Source: Eledone cirrhosa | Taxonomy: Eukaryota | DNA: 64,000 nucleotides | Direction: 5' to 3' | Assembly: GCA_964016885.1 (NCBI GenBank) | Contig: OZ024742.1 | Coordinates: forward strand, 53,692,001 to 53,756,000 | Shown: piece after piece, positions 42,169-56,154 of the stretch | Position numbering within the stretch: position 1 is the first letter of the stretch | Layout: each line of letters begins with the position of its first letter | The notes under the pieces: generated by a model | The model's database searches: none | Told to the model about the DNA's origin: nothing | The model's input: the letters and a program-made list of their open reading frames with translations, nothing else | Translations under genes and position numbers: made by a program

Positions 42169-42203
<35 letters not shown>

Positions 42204-42410
42204 AAATAATATATACATATATATATATATATTGAAATAATATATAATATATATATATATATTGAAATATATATATATATATTTATATATTTATATATAT
42301 AATATATATATATATGTATATATATATTTTATATATGTATATATCTGTATACCTATATATACATATATTTATATATGTACATTTATATATATATATAGAT
42401 ATATATATAG

Positions 42411-42484
<74 letters not shown>

Positions 42485-42591
42485 GAAAATAGGGAAATTA
42501 ATATAAGCAAGAAGCCGACAGTAATTCAGACATATATTTATATATTTATATGTATATATGTATTTATATATATATATATTTACATATATAT

Positions 42592-42737
<146 letters not shown>

Positions 42738-42783
42738 GTATCTGTATATATATATTTATATATTAGTATCTATCTATCTATCA

Positions 42784-42855
<72 letters not shown>

Positions 42856-43151
42856 GTCTAACGTGTGGAATATCGCCGGTAAGTTTTTTGTTAATTTCTA
42901 TGCAAAAAACCGATCTAATTGTTTGAAAAAAATACAACACTTTGTAGATTAACCCCCAAGCTGAATTGTCAGCTGGGTGGTAATCCCATTTTTCGCCCCT
43001 GTAGGAGCGAAAATTTTATTTAAAAGTTTGTTTTAAAATATCAAATTTTACAAAGTAAAAAAACTTGAGCAACACTAGAACGCTGGAGAACGTTAATAGA
43101 GAAAAGAGAGAGAAAGAGGCAGATATTAACGTTATATCTGCTTCTGCTGCT

Positions 43152-44935
43152 ATGGACGTTGCCATAGATACTCTCACAAAAGAAAAAAATATATCAACAT
43201 TTGAAAATGTTACAATTTCTACCGCCGAAGCGGAGAAAAATGACAATGACACACGGGAAAACACGGCAAAAAAACCCATTGACATACATACACATGAAAA
43301 AGACATCAACAACTCTACAGATACATCTACACATAAAATTTCTAACAACGATAACATCATTATTAACAACAACATTACACAAAAAAAGAAAATGTCTTTC
43401 GCTGACACAGTCAACAAGAAACAAGATTTTATAAATCTTGATATCTCCAACGCAAGAGATATGCTCCAGCAAGGGAGAAAATTTGTAACTTTCGAAGAAA
43501 GAGGTGGGTTTAGAATTAGCTCACCCCTTGAAATAAAGGAAGACACAAACCGCCGATCAGTCACTTTTAGGACTGTGTCAAATTCGTCAAGAAAACCGAC
43601 ATTTGTTAATCAGTCAGATATAGAAGATTCTTTCAAGGAGATTCTAGCAAATGTCGATTTTCTCCAGCGAGGAAAACAGTGCGGAAGTGTTTCCGTACTG
43701 TTTATAAGCGAGGCACTGGCCCCAAAAAACTCTGTGACACCAATAGTGTCAAAAGCATACACCTTTTTCCCTACATACATGGGGAAAAGGACACAAAAAA
43801 TAAAAATAAAAAACATACCTCCAAGCATTAACATCTGGTGGATCTTGGCTGGCTTCGTAGAGCCAGAAACAGACATAATACTTTCGATACGAAAATCCAA
43901 TCGACAAAGGTGGGCGGGCACCGATTTGGAGATTCTGTTGCAAATGAAACCGGAGAGAATCTCCAAAATACCCGAAAGAGTCGTTATTGATAATAACAAC
44001 AAAATAAACATTTCGGTAGAAGGACGAAAATTTCACTGCTTTCGCTGTGGTAGCACATCTCACCTAAAAGCCTCTTGTCCACAAACACATAACAACAACA
44101 TCATAAAAAAAAACGCTATTACCAACACCAACACCAAAACAACCACCACCACCACCACAAGTACAACGACAGACGAAACGAGCAACCACACCAAAACAAA
44201 CAGACACTCAACCAACAACAACAGAAAAAACAGAGACAACACCCCTGAAGAACATATCCCCACTCCATCCCACTCCATCAAACACTACCACAAACACACA
44301 TACCGAAACACCACCACCACCACACAACATACCCTTACCCCACACACCTGACGATGATTATTCATCGACGGATGAAGCTGCTTCTCCTTCTTTAAGTGAA
44401 GAAGAGGGAGAACCGCGGAAATCCAAAAAACAAAAAAAGAGACACCACAAAACCCCAAAAACTCCAATCACCAACACCAACACCAACACACAACCACAAA
44501 CAACAACACAAACAACACCACAGTCAAACATCAGCAAAACCAGCACCAACACCACCCCAAACACAAGCACCCACCATAAAAAGAAAACTCCCGGATGAAC
44601 AACAAACTAAAACAATACAACAAAAACACAAACAACAATACGCATACATCAACACAAACAACAAGAGTTTGATGGAGGTCATCTCCCAAAACCCCAAGGT
44701 GGAGACGGAGGGCAAAACTTTCGTCAAGGCAGAATCGTCTCCACACCTTAAACTTATAAGGGTTTCTATGGAAACCTATAAAGACCTGAAAATTAAATTT
44801 TCACAGGACGTGGGCAACCCCTGCCACAAACCCATCAACCGCGTCCTGTTGAAAGGTTTCCCCACCCCACCCAACACCCCATCCAGCACCCAAATGGAGA
44901 TTGAACAACCCGATCTCCAGGAAACGAAAAGGTAA
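43152..44935 (+). pseudogene. Tx1 ORF1 (gag-like, CFRCGSTSHLKASC zinc knuckle), frameshifted in the Thr/His-rich linker
   Basis: ORFs 43065-44351 and 44396-44935; first ATG at 43152. Confidence 0.75.
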
Positions 44936-44976
44936 GTGCACCTTTCGTCCTTTTTCTCCAACTTTTCTTCACCAAC

Positions 44977-47900
44977 ATGGCTAGTTTACGAGTTGGAACC
45001 GTGAATGTGCGTGGCCTAGGGATGCCCTGGAAACAGGGCCAACTTTTAAACGACCTTAGGTCACACAGTATGGATGTGATAGCCATCACCGAGTCCAGAA
45101 TCCACAACAGGCAGCAACTAACCCCCATCTTCGACGACTTTGAGATCTACGCATCTCTCTGTCAGCCAGGAGGTGGAGGTGGAGTGGCTGTTATGTTTCG
45201 GAAGAACCTGGACGTCGGAGTACAGCAAGTACACTTGGACCCGGAGGGTAGACTGGTAGTCCTAGACGTGAACAGTATCGGAGGTGGAGCCTTCAGACTG
45301 GTGGCCGTTTATGCCCCGACCGGGCAATCGCAATCACGGCCAGACTTCTTTAAGCGTCTAGAGTCTTTTCTGGGAACGTCTCGCTCCTTACTTTTAGTGG
45401 GGGACTGGAATGGTATCCTAGATGCACGATGGGACTATGTGGGAGCATGTCCCAGTAGAGCGGGGTGCAACAGCCTCAAAACTTTAATCGGCCAATTCCA
45501 ACTGGCCGATAGGTATCGACTGGATTTCCCGACTGCACCACAGTGGACGTGGGTAAACCGCAGTGGGACATCTAGATCGTATTTAGATAGGTTCTTCATT
45601 AGAGAAAGGGACAAGGATATGTTAAGCTGTCCACGAATGCACATGGTTGCCTATTCAGATCACAAGTTAGTCGTCTGCTTAGTCAACCGTGATAGAATAC
45701 ATAGACAGGGTCCCGGATACTGGAAGCTGAACGTGTCGTTGCCGGCACGTAAAGCTTACAGTGAACGGATAAGTAAACTAGTCAAGCAACAGTTAACGGG
45801 AGCCATCGTCAACAATAGATGGTGGTACTCTCTCAAGAAAGCAATTAGAATAGAATCGATAGGGTATAGCAGAGAGTTAGCCTTAGAGAAAAACAGAATA
45901 GAAAGAGAACTAGTAGCCAAGGTAGAGGAGGCACTTAGAAGTGGCAACGCGGCTAGAGTGTTAGCGTCGAGAACGGCACTGGACCAGTTCTTCGATGCGA
46001 AACACGAAGGCTGCGTGGTCAGAAGCAAAACACGTGCTCTAGGAAACGAAGGAGCGAAAGCTGTCAGCTGGGCCCGAGTGGCGGAGGCAAAAAGTGGCAA
46101 CAAGTCCACGATTCGGTCTTTGAAAGACCAAAACGGACGCGTGCTACTTGACCCCAAGCAAATGTGCGCGGCCTTTCAGCGGCACTTTGCGCGACTGTTT
46201 GAGCAGAACGACGGTGAGCCGAACGGGGCAATGGACTTTAGTTCATACCTCGACGGCCTGCCGCGTCTCTCGAACACGGACGCCGAGTTCTGCGAAAGAC
46301 CGATCACGGACACTGAGATACGGGACGCTCTGGGCCGCTGCGGGAAACGCAAGTCACCCGGTCTAGATGGTCTACCCTACGAATTTTACATAGGCATGCC
46401 GGACTTGTTCTCTGGCGTCCTCGAAGCCGTCTACTGCAATTGGCAGCAGAACGGGAGAATTCCCAGTTCTGCAGGCAAGGGCGTAGTAACGCAGATCAGG
46501 AAAGACGAGAACAAGGGGGACGAAATTAACAACTTCAGGCCCATAACTCTGCTCAACACAGAGTTAAAGATTTTGGCCAAGGTGCTAGCGACGAGGTTGG
46601 CGCTTGTCGTCGAGAACCTGGTAGGGAAAGCGCAAACGTGTGCAATCCCGACCAGGTCTATACACGACAACCTCCACCTCATGCGATACATCATAGAGAG
46701 GGTGGGTAGTAAACCCGGCTTCGGTGGGGCTCTGATCAACTTGGATAAGTCTAAGGCATTCGATAGGGTCGACCATCGATACTTGGAAGCGGTTCTCAAG
46801 GCGGCCGGTTTCGGTCCCGTGTTCAGAGGATGGATCGAGGCGATGCACACCAGCATCTGCTCGAGGGTCAAGGTGAACGGCTACCTATCGGAGCCGTTCG
46901 CAATCACGCGTTCCATTCGACAGGGATGCCCTCTCTCCTCCATTCTGTATGTATTGACTCTAGAGCCTCTACTGCGGAAATTGGAGCTGTTGCAGGGCAT
47001 CCCTCTAGAACCGGGACTGCGCAAAGCGGCGTCGGCTTATGCCGGCGACGTAAGGGTAATGGTGTCGAGCACCTCGGAAATCGGGGTGATCGGCAACATA
47101 CTGAAAGAATACGAAACGCTGACGGGAGCAAAACTAAACCCAGACAAGTCTGTCGGTTTGCAACTCGGTACGTGGAGAGGCAAACCGATGACATCCGACA
47201 GCATCGTTGGACGCTGGACGGACGGACCGGTGAAATTGCTCGGGGTCTGGTTCGGTCCAGACCTCCAGGTGGAGAAAAACTGGAACGAGGTCACGGCCAA
47301 GGTGTTTGCACTCACTCAGAAGTGGGCAGAGTGCAAACTGTCCTTGAAAGGTCGAGCGGAGGTGGCGAACACTTTCATAGCGTCCGTCATCTACTACCGC
47401 TTGACTGTCGTGCCTTGTCCCCGTGAACACCTCGCCAAGATGGAACGCATGCTCTTCCAGTTTCTGTGGAAGAAGCAGCTCCGCTGGTGAGGAGATCCGT
47501 CTGCTGTCAGCACCCTTCCAACGGAGGGGTTGGAATGCCGTGGCTGATGATGCGCAAACATGCGCTGAGGCTCCGGCATCTCCAGGTATTCCTCACAGAC
47601 CCCCAACCGGTGTGGGCACCGTTTGTGAGACAGGCTTTCACACAGCTCGTCTCGCTAACGGAGCTGCAGTCCTGGGTGAAGAAAAGACCGAAAACGATGG
47701 GCGCCTGGCACATTGAATGCGCTCAGGCACTCACAGTCCTCTGGCAAGCGGGCGCAGCAATCAGTGGAGACTCCACTTCGACATTCTATAGAGGGATTGT
47801 ACGTTACAAGGGCGATGACGTGCTCGGAGAGACTCTGGGCGTCGAAGACGATGAGCTCACCAGTCTGTTTGGTAGGACTTTCCGCCCGGGACCTATGGAC

Positions 47901-48422
47901 AACTTCCAGAGGTCCCTGGCCTGGCAGTGCTACCGAGGAGCTCTACCAGTTCGAGACAAGCTCTACAGACATGGGCGCCCGGGCAGGGACCCTGCAAAAA
48001 AGATCTGTCCGAGGTGCGTGCGAGACGAAGAAACCGTCGCGCACGCATTCATACACTGCCCGGGCGTCACTGACCTGTGGGGCTATGTAGAACGACTATT
48101 GTCGCGGGTGGGACCAATCCAGTTGACCACCGAGTCCATTGTCATGATCAAACCGCCACCCTCCTTCAAAAACGAAGGAGAGGCGGTTTTCCTTTGTGTG
48201 ATAGCTATGGCGAAAGAGGTTGTATGGTGGACAAGGTTGAAAGGGCTGAGGTCAGACACCTTTCTCTCCGGCCAACAACTGATTCTTTTTTTCAAATACC
48301 ACTTTGGAAGAAGAATCAGGATGGAGAGAGAGGTGCTGTACCCCAGCAAGTTTTATGAAAGGTGGGTGAAAGTGGCGAGAATGGCCCGAGTGAATGGGCC
48401 TTCTCTCTATATCAGCCTGTAG
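44977..48422 (+). pseudogene. Tx1 ORF2 (AP endonuclease, RT, C-terminal zinc finger)
   Basis: TVNVRG, ITES, VYAP, GDWN, YLDRF, SDH; KSPGLDG, FRPITLLN, KAFDRVDH, RQGCPLS; YADD mutated to YAGD; frameshift ~47470; CPRC..ETVAHAFIHC. Confidence 0.92.
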
Positions 48423-48661
48423 GTTGAGGAAAAGGAGGAGGAGAGGAAAGGAGTACAAGCTCTTCGTACTCCTGGAGATGAGGGTTGCACATTTTTTTCG
48501 GGGGTCTGTGTTACCCATATAAACTGTCTCCCTCTATTGGGGAAAATCGACTAACTTTTAAATTCCATCTGTGATAACATTTTACACGTTTTTATTGTAT
48601 GTAAACTTCCCCCTTTGTATTTGTCCCCTTCTTTTGTGCCCCTGTGGCTAATAAAGAAATA

Positions 48662-48734
<73 letters not shown>

Positions 48735-48743
48735 CTCTCTCTC

Positions 48744-51580
48744 CGTTGACGGGTGCAATCGTCAACAACCGATGGTGGGCATCTCTCAAAAGAGAGATTA
48801 GAACAGAATCAATAAGTTATAGCAAGATGTTAGCTGCCGATAGGAATAGAAACGAGAAAGAATTAACAGGTAAATTAGAAGAGGCAATCAAGAGCGAAGA
48901 TGTGGCCAGAGTGCTGGCATCGAGGATGGCCTTGAACCAGTTTTTCGATGCAAAGCACGAAGGCTGCGTCATTCGAAGTAAAATACGTGCTCTAGGTAAT
49001 GAGGGGGCCAAAGCCGTTGGCTGGGCCCGCGTGACAGAAGCTAAGAGTGGAAATCGATCCACCATCCGGTCGTTGCAAGACGAAGATGGACGGGTGATCC
49101 GGGAGCCTAAGCAGATGTGCGAGGCCTTTCAAAGGCACTTTGCCCGATTGTTCGGGGGAGGCGAGGGTCTGGGCGGGGGCGTGGATTTCGGTCCATACCT
49201 CGACGGCCTGCCGCGTCTCTCGAGTGAAGAGGCAGAGTCCTGCGAGGGGCCAATCTCGGCTGATGAGATCGGAGATGCGCTGAGCCAATGCAGCAGACGC
49301 AAATCTCCAGGTCTCGATGGTATACCTTACGAACTTTATTTAGCAATGCCGGTCTTCTTCTCCGAACTCCTCGAAGCGGTCTACTGCAATTGGCAGCAGA
49401 ACGGGAGAATTCCTTGTTCTGTAGCCAAGGGCGAGGAAGGACGAGAACAAGGGAGATAGTATAAATAATTTTCGGCCCATAAACCTGCTAAACACAGAGT
49501 TAAAGATTTTGGCCAAGGTGTTAGCAAAGAGGTTGGCGCTTGTCGTGGGTGGCCTGGTGGGAGATGCGCAGACATGTGCTATCCCATCCAGGTCCATTCA
49601 CGATAACCTCCACCTCATGCGATACATCATAGAGAGGGTTGGCAACAAACCCGGCTTCGGTGGGGCCCTGATCAACTTGGATCAGTCTAAGGTCTTCGAT
49701 AGGGTCGACCATGGTTACCTGGATGCGGTGCTAGCGGCGGCTGGGTTCGGTCCTGTTTTCAGAGGCTGGATCACTGCCTTACATAGCAACAACATCTGTT
49801 CTAGGATCAAGGTGAACGGCTACCTTTCGAAGCCGTTCGAAATCACACGATCCATTCGACAGGGGTGCCCTCTCTCCTCCCTTCTGTACGTATTGACTCT
49901 CGAGCCTTTACTGAGGAAGTTGGAGTTGTTGCAGGGTATCCCCCTGGAACCAGGATTGAGCAAAGCGGTGTCGGCCTACGCCGATGACGTAACAGTAATG
50001 GTATCAACCGACTCGGAGATCGAGGCGATCGGTACCTTACTGGAGGAGTACGAAAGGTTGTCAGGAGCGAAACTGAACCGGGAAAAATCCATCGGGCTGC
50101 AACTCGGAACGTGGAGAGGCAGACCGATGCCTCCTGACGGTGTCGTCGGACACTGGACGGAGGGCCCGGTAAAGTTGCTTGGGGTCTGGTTTGGACCGGA
50201 CCTCCAGGTGGAAAAGAACTGGAACGAGGTTACGAACAAGGTGTTTGCACTAACCCAGAAATGGGCCAAGTGTAAGCTGTCCCTAAAAGGCCGGGCGGAG
50301 GTGGCGAACATTTACATAGCGTCCGTCACTTACTACCGCCTGACTGTCGTGCCTTGCCCTAAGGAAACACTCACCACCATGGAACGCATGCTCTTCCAAT
50401 TTCTTTGGAAGAAGCGTCCTCCTATGGTGAGAAGATCCATCTGCTGCCAACAACCTTCGAAAGGAGGGCTGGGGATGCCGTGGTTGATGATGCGTAGGCA
50501 CGCATTAAGGCTACGGCACCTACAGGTATTCCTCACTGGTCAACCGGTGTGGGCTCCGTTCGTGAAACGAGCCTTTCCGAGACTCGTCTCGCTCACCGAG
50601 CTACAGTCCTGGGTCAAGCAAAGATCCGGAAAACTGGGAGACTGGCACACTGAGTGTGCTCAGGCGCTCAGGGCTCTCTGGCAAGCGGGCCAGGCCATCG
50701 GTGGAGAATCCACCTCATCATTCTATAGAGGGCTGGTGGCTAGCAGGGGCGATGACACCCTTGGAGAGTCGCTGGACATGGAAGAAGACGAACTGGCCAG
50801 CCTGTTCGGTAGGACTTTCGGCCCAGGACCAATGGACAACTTCCAGAAGTCACTGGCCTGGCAGTGCTACCGGGGGGCTCTACCCGTTCGAGAGAGGCTC
50901 TACAGACACGGGCGCCCGGGCAGGGATCCCTCAAAAAAGATTTGCCCTAGATGCGTGCGTCACGAAGAAACCGTTGCGCACGCATTGGTGCAATGTCCGG
51001 GCGTGGCTGATCTGTGGGGCTACGCCGAACGACTGCTGTCGCGGGTGGCGCCGATTAAATTGACCGCCGAGTCCGTGATGACAATCAAACCGCCTCCCCT
51101 CTTCACAAAGGAAGCAAAGGCGGTTTTTCTGTGCGTAATAGCCATGTTGAAAGAGGTTGTTTGGTGGACACGATTGAAAGGTCTGAGGTCAGGCAACTTC
51201 CTCTCTGGCCATAGTCTGGTCTACTTATTCCGATATCACTTCGGAAGAAGGATAAGAATGGAGAGAGAGGTGCTTGGCCACAGGCAGTTTTATGAAAGGT
51301 GGGTGATAGTGGCGAGAATGGCTCGTGTAAATGGGCCTTCTCTGTATACCATCCTGTAGGTAAAGAAGTAAAGGAGAGGGGAGCACCTTCTCCATGTGCT
51401 CCCCGGGCAAAGGATTGCACACTTTTTCGGGGGGGTGTGCAACCCCCATCACGTCCCCTCCCTTTTGAGGTTATTTTCGATTATTTTCATGTTACACCCT
51501 TTTTACTCGATTATATGTAAACTCCCCCTTTGTATTTGTCCCTTCTTTTTATGCCTTTATGGTAAATAAAGAAATATATC
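48744..51580 (+). mobile_element. Second Tx1 copy, 5'-truncated, different subfamily
   Basis: ORFs 48644-49459 and 49509-51359 with intact AYADD; ends AATAAAGAAATATATCTATC. Confidence 0.92.
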
Positions 51581-52102
51581 TATCTCTCTCTCTATATATA
51601 TATATCATAGAATCATTTGATATGTCCATAGAATCATTTGATAAGATATTTCCGAAAGCGAACGAAACCCTAAAGGGTAGAAACGTAATCCTGGTATGTG
51701 TATATGCATTTTTTCTTCTAACTTTAATTTTATACCTAATTGTGTATGGTTGACGATATATTTAATCGATTTCCACGTGCTATTGAAATTTTGGGTAAAT
51801 ATTATATAGCTGTTGATCGCGAATAGATGGCTGTCGTTTATTTATCTATTATTTCTTCCTAGGTTTTTTTAAATCTTATAGCCTGGTTTAATTTTGTTTT
51901 TGTGTGGTTGATTATGCTAATTAGGAGAGGAAATGGAGTATATATCTTATCAAATGATACTATGGACATAGTTTATAGTATATTGCTCTGATTATTTAAT
52001 TTATTAATTCATCATTGAGCCACATCGTGAATGGTTGCCCAAAACACACATATATATCTATGACTTTGTCTAGTTTGTGTATATGTACATCTTTATATAT
52101 AT

Positions 52103-52443
52103 GGAGGCACATGGCTTAGTGGTTAGAGCATTGGCCTTGCAATCGAAAGGTTGTGAGTTTAATTCTCAGTCCGGGTGATGTTTTGTTTCCTTGAGCAAGA
52201 TACTTTATTTCACATTTCTCCAGTTTACTCAGCTGTAAAAATGAGATGATAGGGACTGGGGTCCCTATCATTCCACTGAAAAGTGGTCGTGGAGGTGCCA
52301 CGCAAAAGAGCACCCAGTACTCACTGTAAATGAGGTTGGTGTTAGGAAGGGCATCCAGCTGTAGAAATCAAGCCAGAATAAGTTCCCGTCCCACCCTTGC
52401 AAGCAGGGAAAAGCGGACGTAAACTGATGATGATGATGATGAT
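52103..52443 (+). mobile_element. CORE-type tRNA SINE with (GAT)n tail
   Basis: Box A TGGCTTAGTGG, core TTCCTTGAGCAAGATACTT, tail AGGAAGGGCATCCAGCTGTAG..(TGA)n. Confidence 0.75.
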
Positions 52444-52540
52444 ATATATATATATAATCAAAGAGATATTTAATTTGTTGGTTATTCAACAAATTTATTT
52501 ATAACAGATTCGAAGCACTGTAAGGGTTTTCTGGAGTATA

Positions 52541-52783
52541 ATATCAATGATATTAACAAATGGAAACTATATTTATAAAACCATATTTATTTCATTATAC
52601 ATATTTCAAGGGTACCAAACTGAAGCTGAACCGATAAGGTCAGGTTTCTTGGGTATGTCAACATTTATAAAACAAATTTTCTATTTTATCTGATGAGAGC
52701 GTACCAAAATTTTGGTACCCTTGAAATATATATAATAAAATAAATATGGTTTTATAAATATAGTTTCCATTTATTAATATCAT

Positions 52784-52789
<6 letters not shown>
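52541..52789. repeat. Foldback with canonical hammerhead 52683-52741 (+)
   Basis: ATTTTAT-CTGATGA-GAGcGTACCAAA at TTTGGTACcCTT-GAAA-TATATA-TA-ATAAAAT. Confidence 0.8.
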
Positions 52790-52823
<34 letters not shown>

Positions 52824-53125
52824 AGGACTCTTTGACATTAGAGATAGAACAGATACTCTGTACCATTTCCTGTCAGCATGACTTGGCAAGCTATTTAGAA
52901 TACTGGTTTAACCGCTTTACTTCCCTCCGAAGAAGAGATATTATCTCGAAAATTAAGGACATTTAAATAAATCTAAGGTAAAAGACTAATTGTCAACAAT
53001 AGCTTTTGCATTTGCATTCTTTATTCTATGTCCATACCTGCATTTTTTTGGTTTTATTATACATATACAAACGTTTATATATATATATATATATATACAC
53101 ACATAAAACCTTTTCATGTGTAGTA

Positions 53126-53316
53126 TAATTGTTTCTACTTTTGGCACAAGGCCAGCAATTACCCAGTACATTACTGGTACTTTATTTTATCGACCCCATA
53201 AGGATGAAAGGGAAAGTTAACCTCGACGGTATTTGAACTCAGACCGTAAGGGGACGTAACTCTATGCTGGAAAGCATGGCGTCCAACCCTCTACCGTTAC
53301 TGCCAATTCTCCGCCC
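53126..53316 (-). mobile_element. Family-A SINE
   Basis: Reverse complement of 18529-18718. Confidence 0.85.
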
Positions 53317-53502
53317 ATTGTGGTATAATACATACACTAAACAATTACCTCCGTTATAATCAATTGTGATGTACATAGTAAATGTCATTGTATCTATTAT
53401 AATTTTACATATAAGAGATTTTTCACATATCTGTTTCATTTTAGTGTAAAACACATAGCACTTCTATCTTTTTTGCAACATACTACTAGGGTTGTTATTG
53501 AT

Positions 53503-53550
<48 letters not shown>

Positions 53551-53834
53551 GAATTGTATTAATTAAAATAAATTGTTAATATATAACCATCTGTTTTTGA
53601 TATATATATTATTCTGGCTATTAAAACATAAATTACAACGGAATCTACGCAATGTTGAGTAAATGTTACAATAAAGATTAGTATGTAATTCACATCTAGT
53701 AATATTTCTTGTTTCGCTGGTGATGAACTTACTCAAAGATTCATTTACCGCGTTGTCTACAATGTCTAGTTACTACACGAGACTCTAATTAATGAAGAGC
53801 ACAGTTGAAATGAATGCAAGCAGAACAACATTAT

Positions 53835-54040
53835 CGGTGGAGCATCGGACAACATGCTTAACAGCATAGAATTACGGCCCTTTACGTTCTGAGTTTAGAT
53901 CCCACCGTAGTTAGCTTTGCCTTTCATAGTTACGGGGTCGATAAAATAAAGCACCAGTAATGGACTGAGGTCGATTTAATCGACTTTCCCCCTCCCCCCA
54001 AAAATTGCTGGCCTTGTGCCTATAGTGGAAACAATTATTT
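53835..54040 (+). mobile_element. Diverged family-A SINE (long variant)
   Basis: Same body with the extra GTCGATTTAATCGACTTTCCCC segment also seen at 37125-37342. Confidence 0.75.
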
Positions 54041-54335
54041 GGAAGTAAAGTCCTTCATACGTCACCATGCATGTAAACATGTGCGAAAAGTTTTTAAATG
54101 TTCCAAGATATGGGGAATCATAAAGTTAAGACACATTTTAGGCATTATATATGATGTCTACTAGAATCTGAGGAAGACTGATGTTGCATCCCTAAAGATA
54201 AACAATTAAATATTTTTAGATTCTTAGATAGATACACCCCCGCCGCCCACACTCAAACACACCACACACACTCATATATATGTTTCTATTTAACAATTTA
54301 ACAATTTTCATATTTATTATATTAGCAGTATACAT

Positions 54336-54461
<126 letters not shown>

Positions 54462-55684
54462 GTATCCCGGGTTCAACTGGGGGTAACCACAGTAAGTAAG
54501 TATAAATGTTTAATATGAAAATGGCTTCTACAGGACTAGAACTGTTTTGTTCGAAGGAAATTATGAAGACAGCAGTGCCTGTAAGTGTGTATGTGTTTGT
54601 CTAAATGTACTCAGTGTGAATTTACTTTTGCCTTTGTATCACTATGTATTTTTCTCTAAATATAGTATTTTCAAACAATCCACACTCTTTAAATCCATCA
54701 CACAATAATCTCCACCCATCCCAATTACCATCTTCCCATACAGTCAGAAAATGTATAAATACCACCATATCACATTGACACTCGGCTTTCTTGATAATTT
54801 CCTTCGAATGAAACAGTTCTAGTCCTCTAGAAGCCATTTCTGTATTACACACACACGCACACGCACACACACACATATATATATATACGTACATATATAT
54901 ATACATATATGTGTGTATGTGTATGTGTGTGTGTGTGTGTGTGTGTGCGCATATATGTATACACACGTGCACACACAGACACACACACACACACATACAT
55001 ACATATACATATATATACATCTAGGAAAAGAATCAAGACACCGAAGACTGACCTCCGGCCGTTTCGACAGCTAGATCCGAAACAGCTCATCCGTCGGGGG
55101 CCTAACTCTTTTGCTATTACCCACTCTACCCTAAGTATTGTGTACTCTGATTGTCAGCAATAAAATGTATTAAACAAAGATATGATTGTTCTGTACTTTA
55201 TAAAAATTTATATACATACGTACATACTTACATGCATACATATTTACTTACATGCATACATACAAACAAACATACATACAAATACATATACATGTATGTT
55301 TGCTTACAGATAGGAATAGGTTGGTCGATGGTTGTAAATAAAGATAGTTGGAAACCTAAGATATTTTATCGTAGACTTTCTCATCATTTTTCTAATTGCC
55401 AATTGTTTATAAAAGAAATGAAGAAAGAATTGTATATATTTGTTTTCAATTTATGCCATAATATTTGACATTTACGATCTAATTACAAATCACACAATAG
55501 AAGAAAAATGATATAAACTCATCAAAACAAACATTGAAGACAGTGAGGTATTTTTAATAACCAAATAAACTAATTGAATTTTCATCGATATCTATCGGGA
55601 AATGTCTCGAAGTTTTACAACAGTAGTTCATTTTAATGAGTAAGGAAAGAAAGGGAAAGAGTGTTAGTGAGAGTGAGTGTGTAT

Positions 55685-55764
<80 letters not shown>

Positions 55765-55854
55765 AATATATATATATGCACCGAAACAGTTACATACATC
55801 GGCACACTCATATTCACACACAAACATACTCTCACATCTATCTATTTACCTTCA

Positions 55855-55902
<48 letters not shown>

Positions 55903-55904
<2 letters not shown>

Positions 55905-56057
55905 ACTTTTTAAATTGTGCCCCTGTGGCTAATAAAGAAATATATCTAACTTTTTAAATTGCATTTGTGATAACATTTTACACGTTTTTATTGTATGTAA
56001 ACTTCCCCCTTTGTATTTGTCCCCTTCTTTTGTGCCCCTGTGGCTAATAAAGAAACA

Positions 56058-56058
<1 letters not shown>
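55903..56058 (+). mobile_element. Two very short Tx1 3'-end stubs within (ATCT)n
   Basis: TGTGCCCCTGTGGCTAATAAAGAAA twice, matching 48553-48660. Confidence 0.85.
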
Positions 56059-56128
<70 letters not shown>

Positions 56129-56154
56129 AAAGAAACATATCTATATATATATAA

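Larger units (their letters stand above)
42851..48662 (+). mobile_element. Full-length Tx1-clade LINE inserted in (ATCT)n
   Basis: ORF1 with CCHC knuckle, ORF2 APE-RT-CCHC; 3' end AATAAAGAAATAT followed by (ATCT)n; (ATCT)n also at the 5' flank 42768-42850. Confidence 0.92.

Noticed and set aside
45435-51520. Many overlapping alternate-frame and antisense ORFs in the Tx1 copies
   Set aside because: Expected shadow ORFs of GC-rich coding sequence
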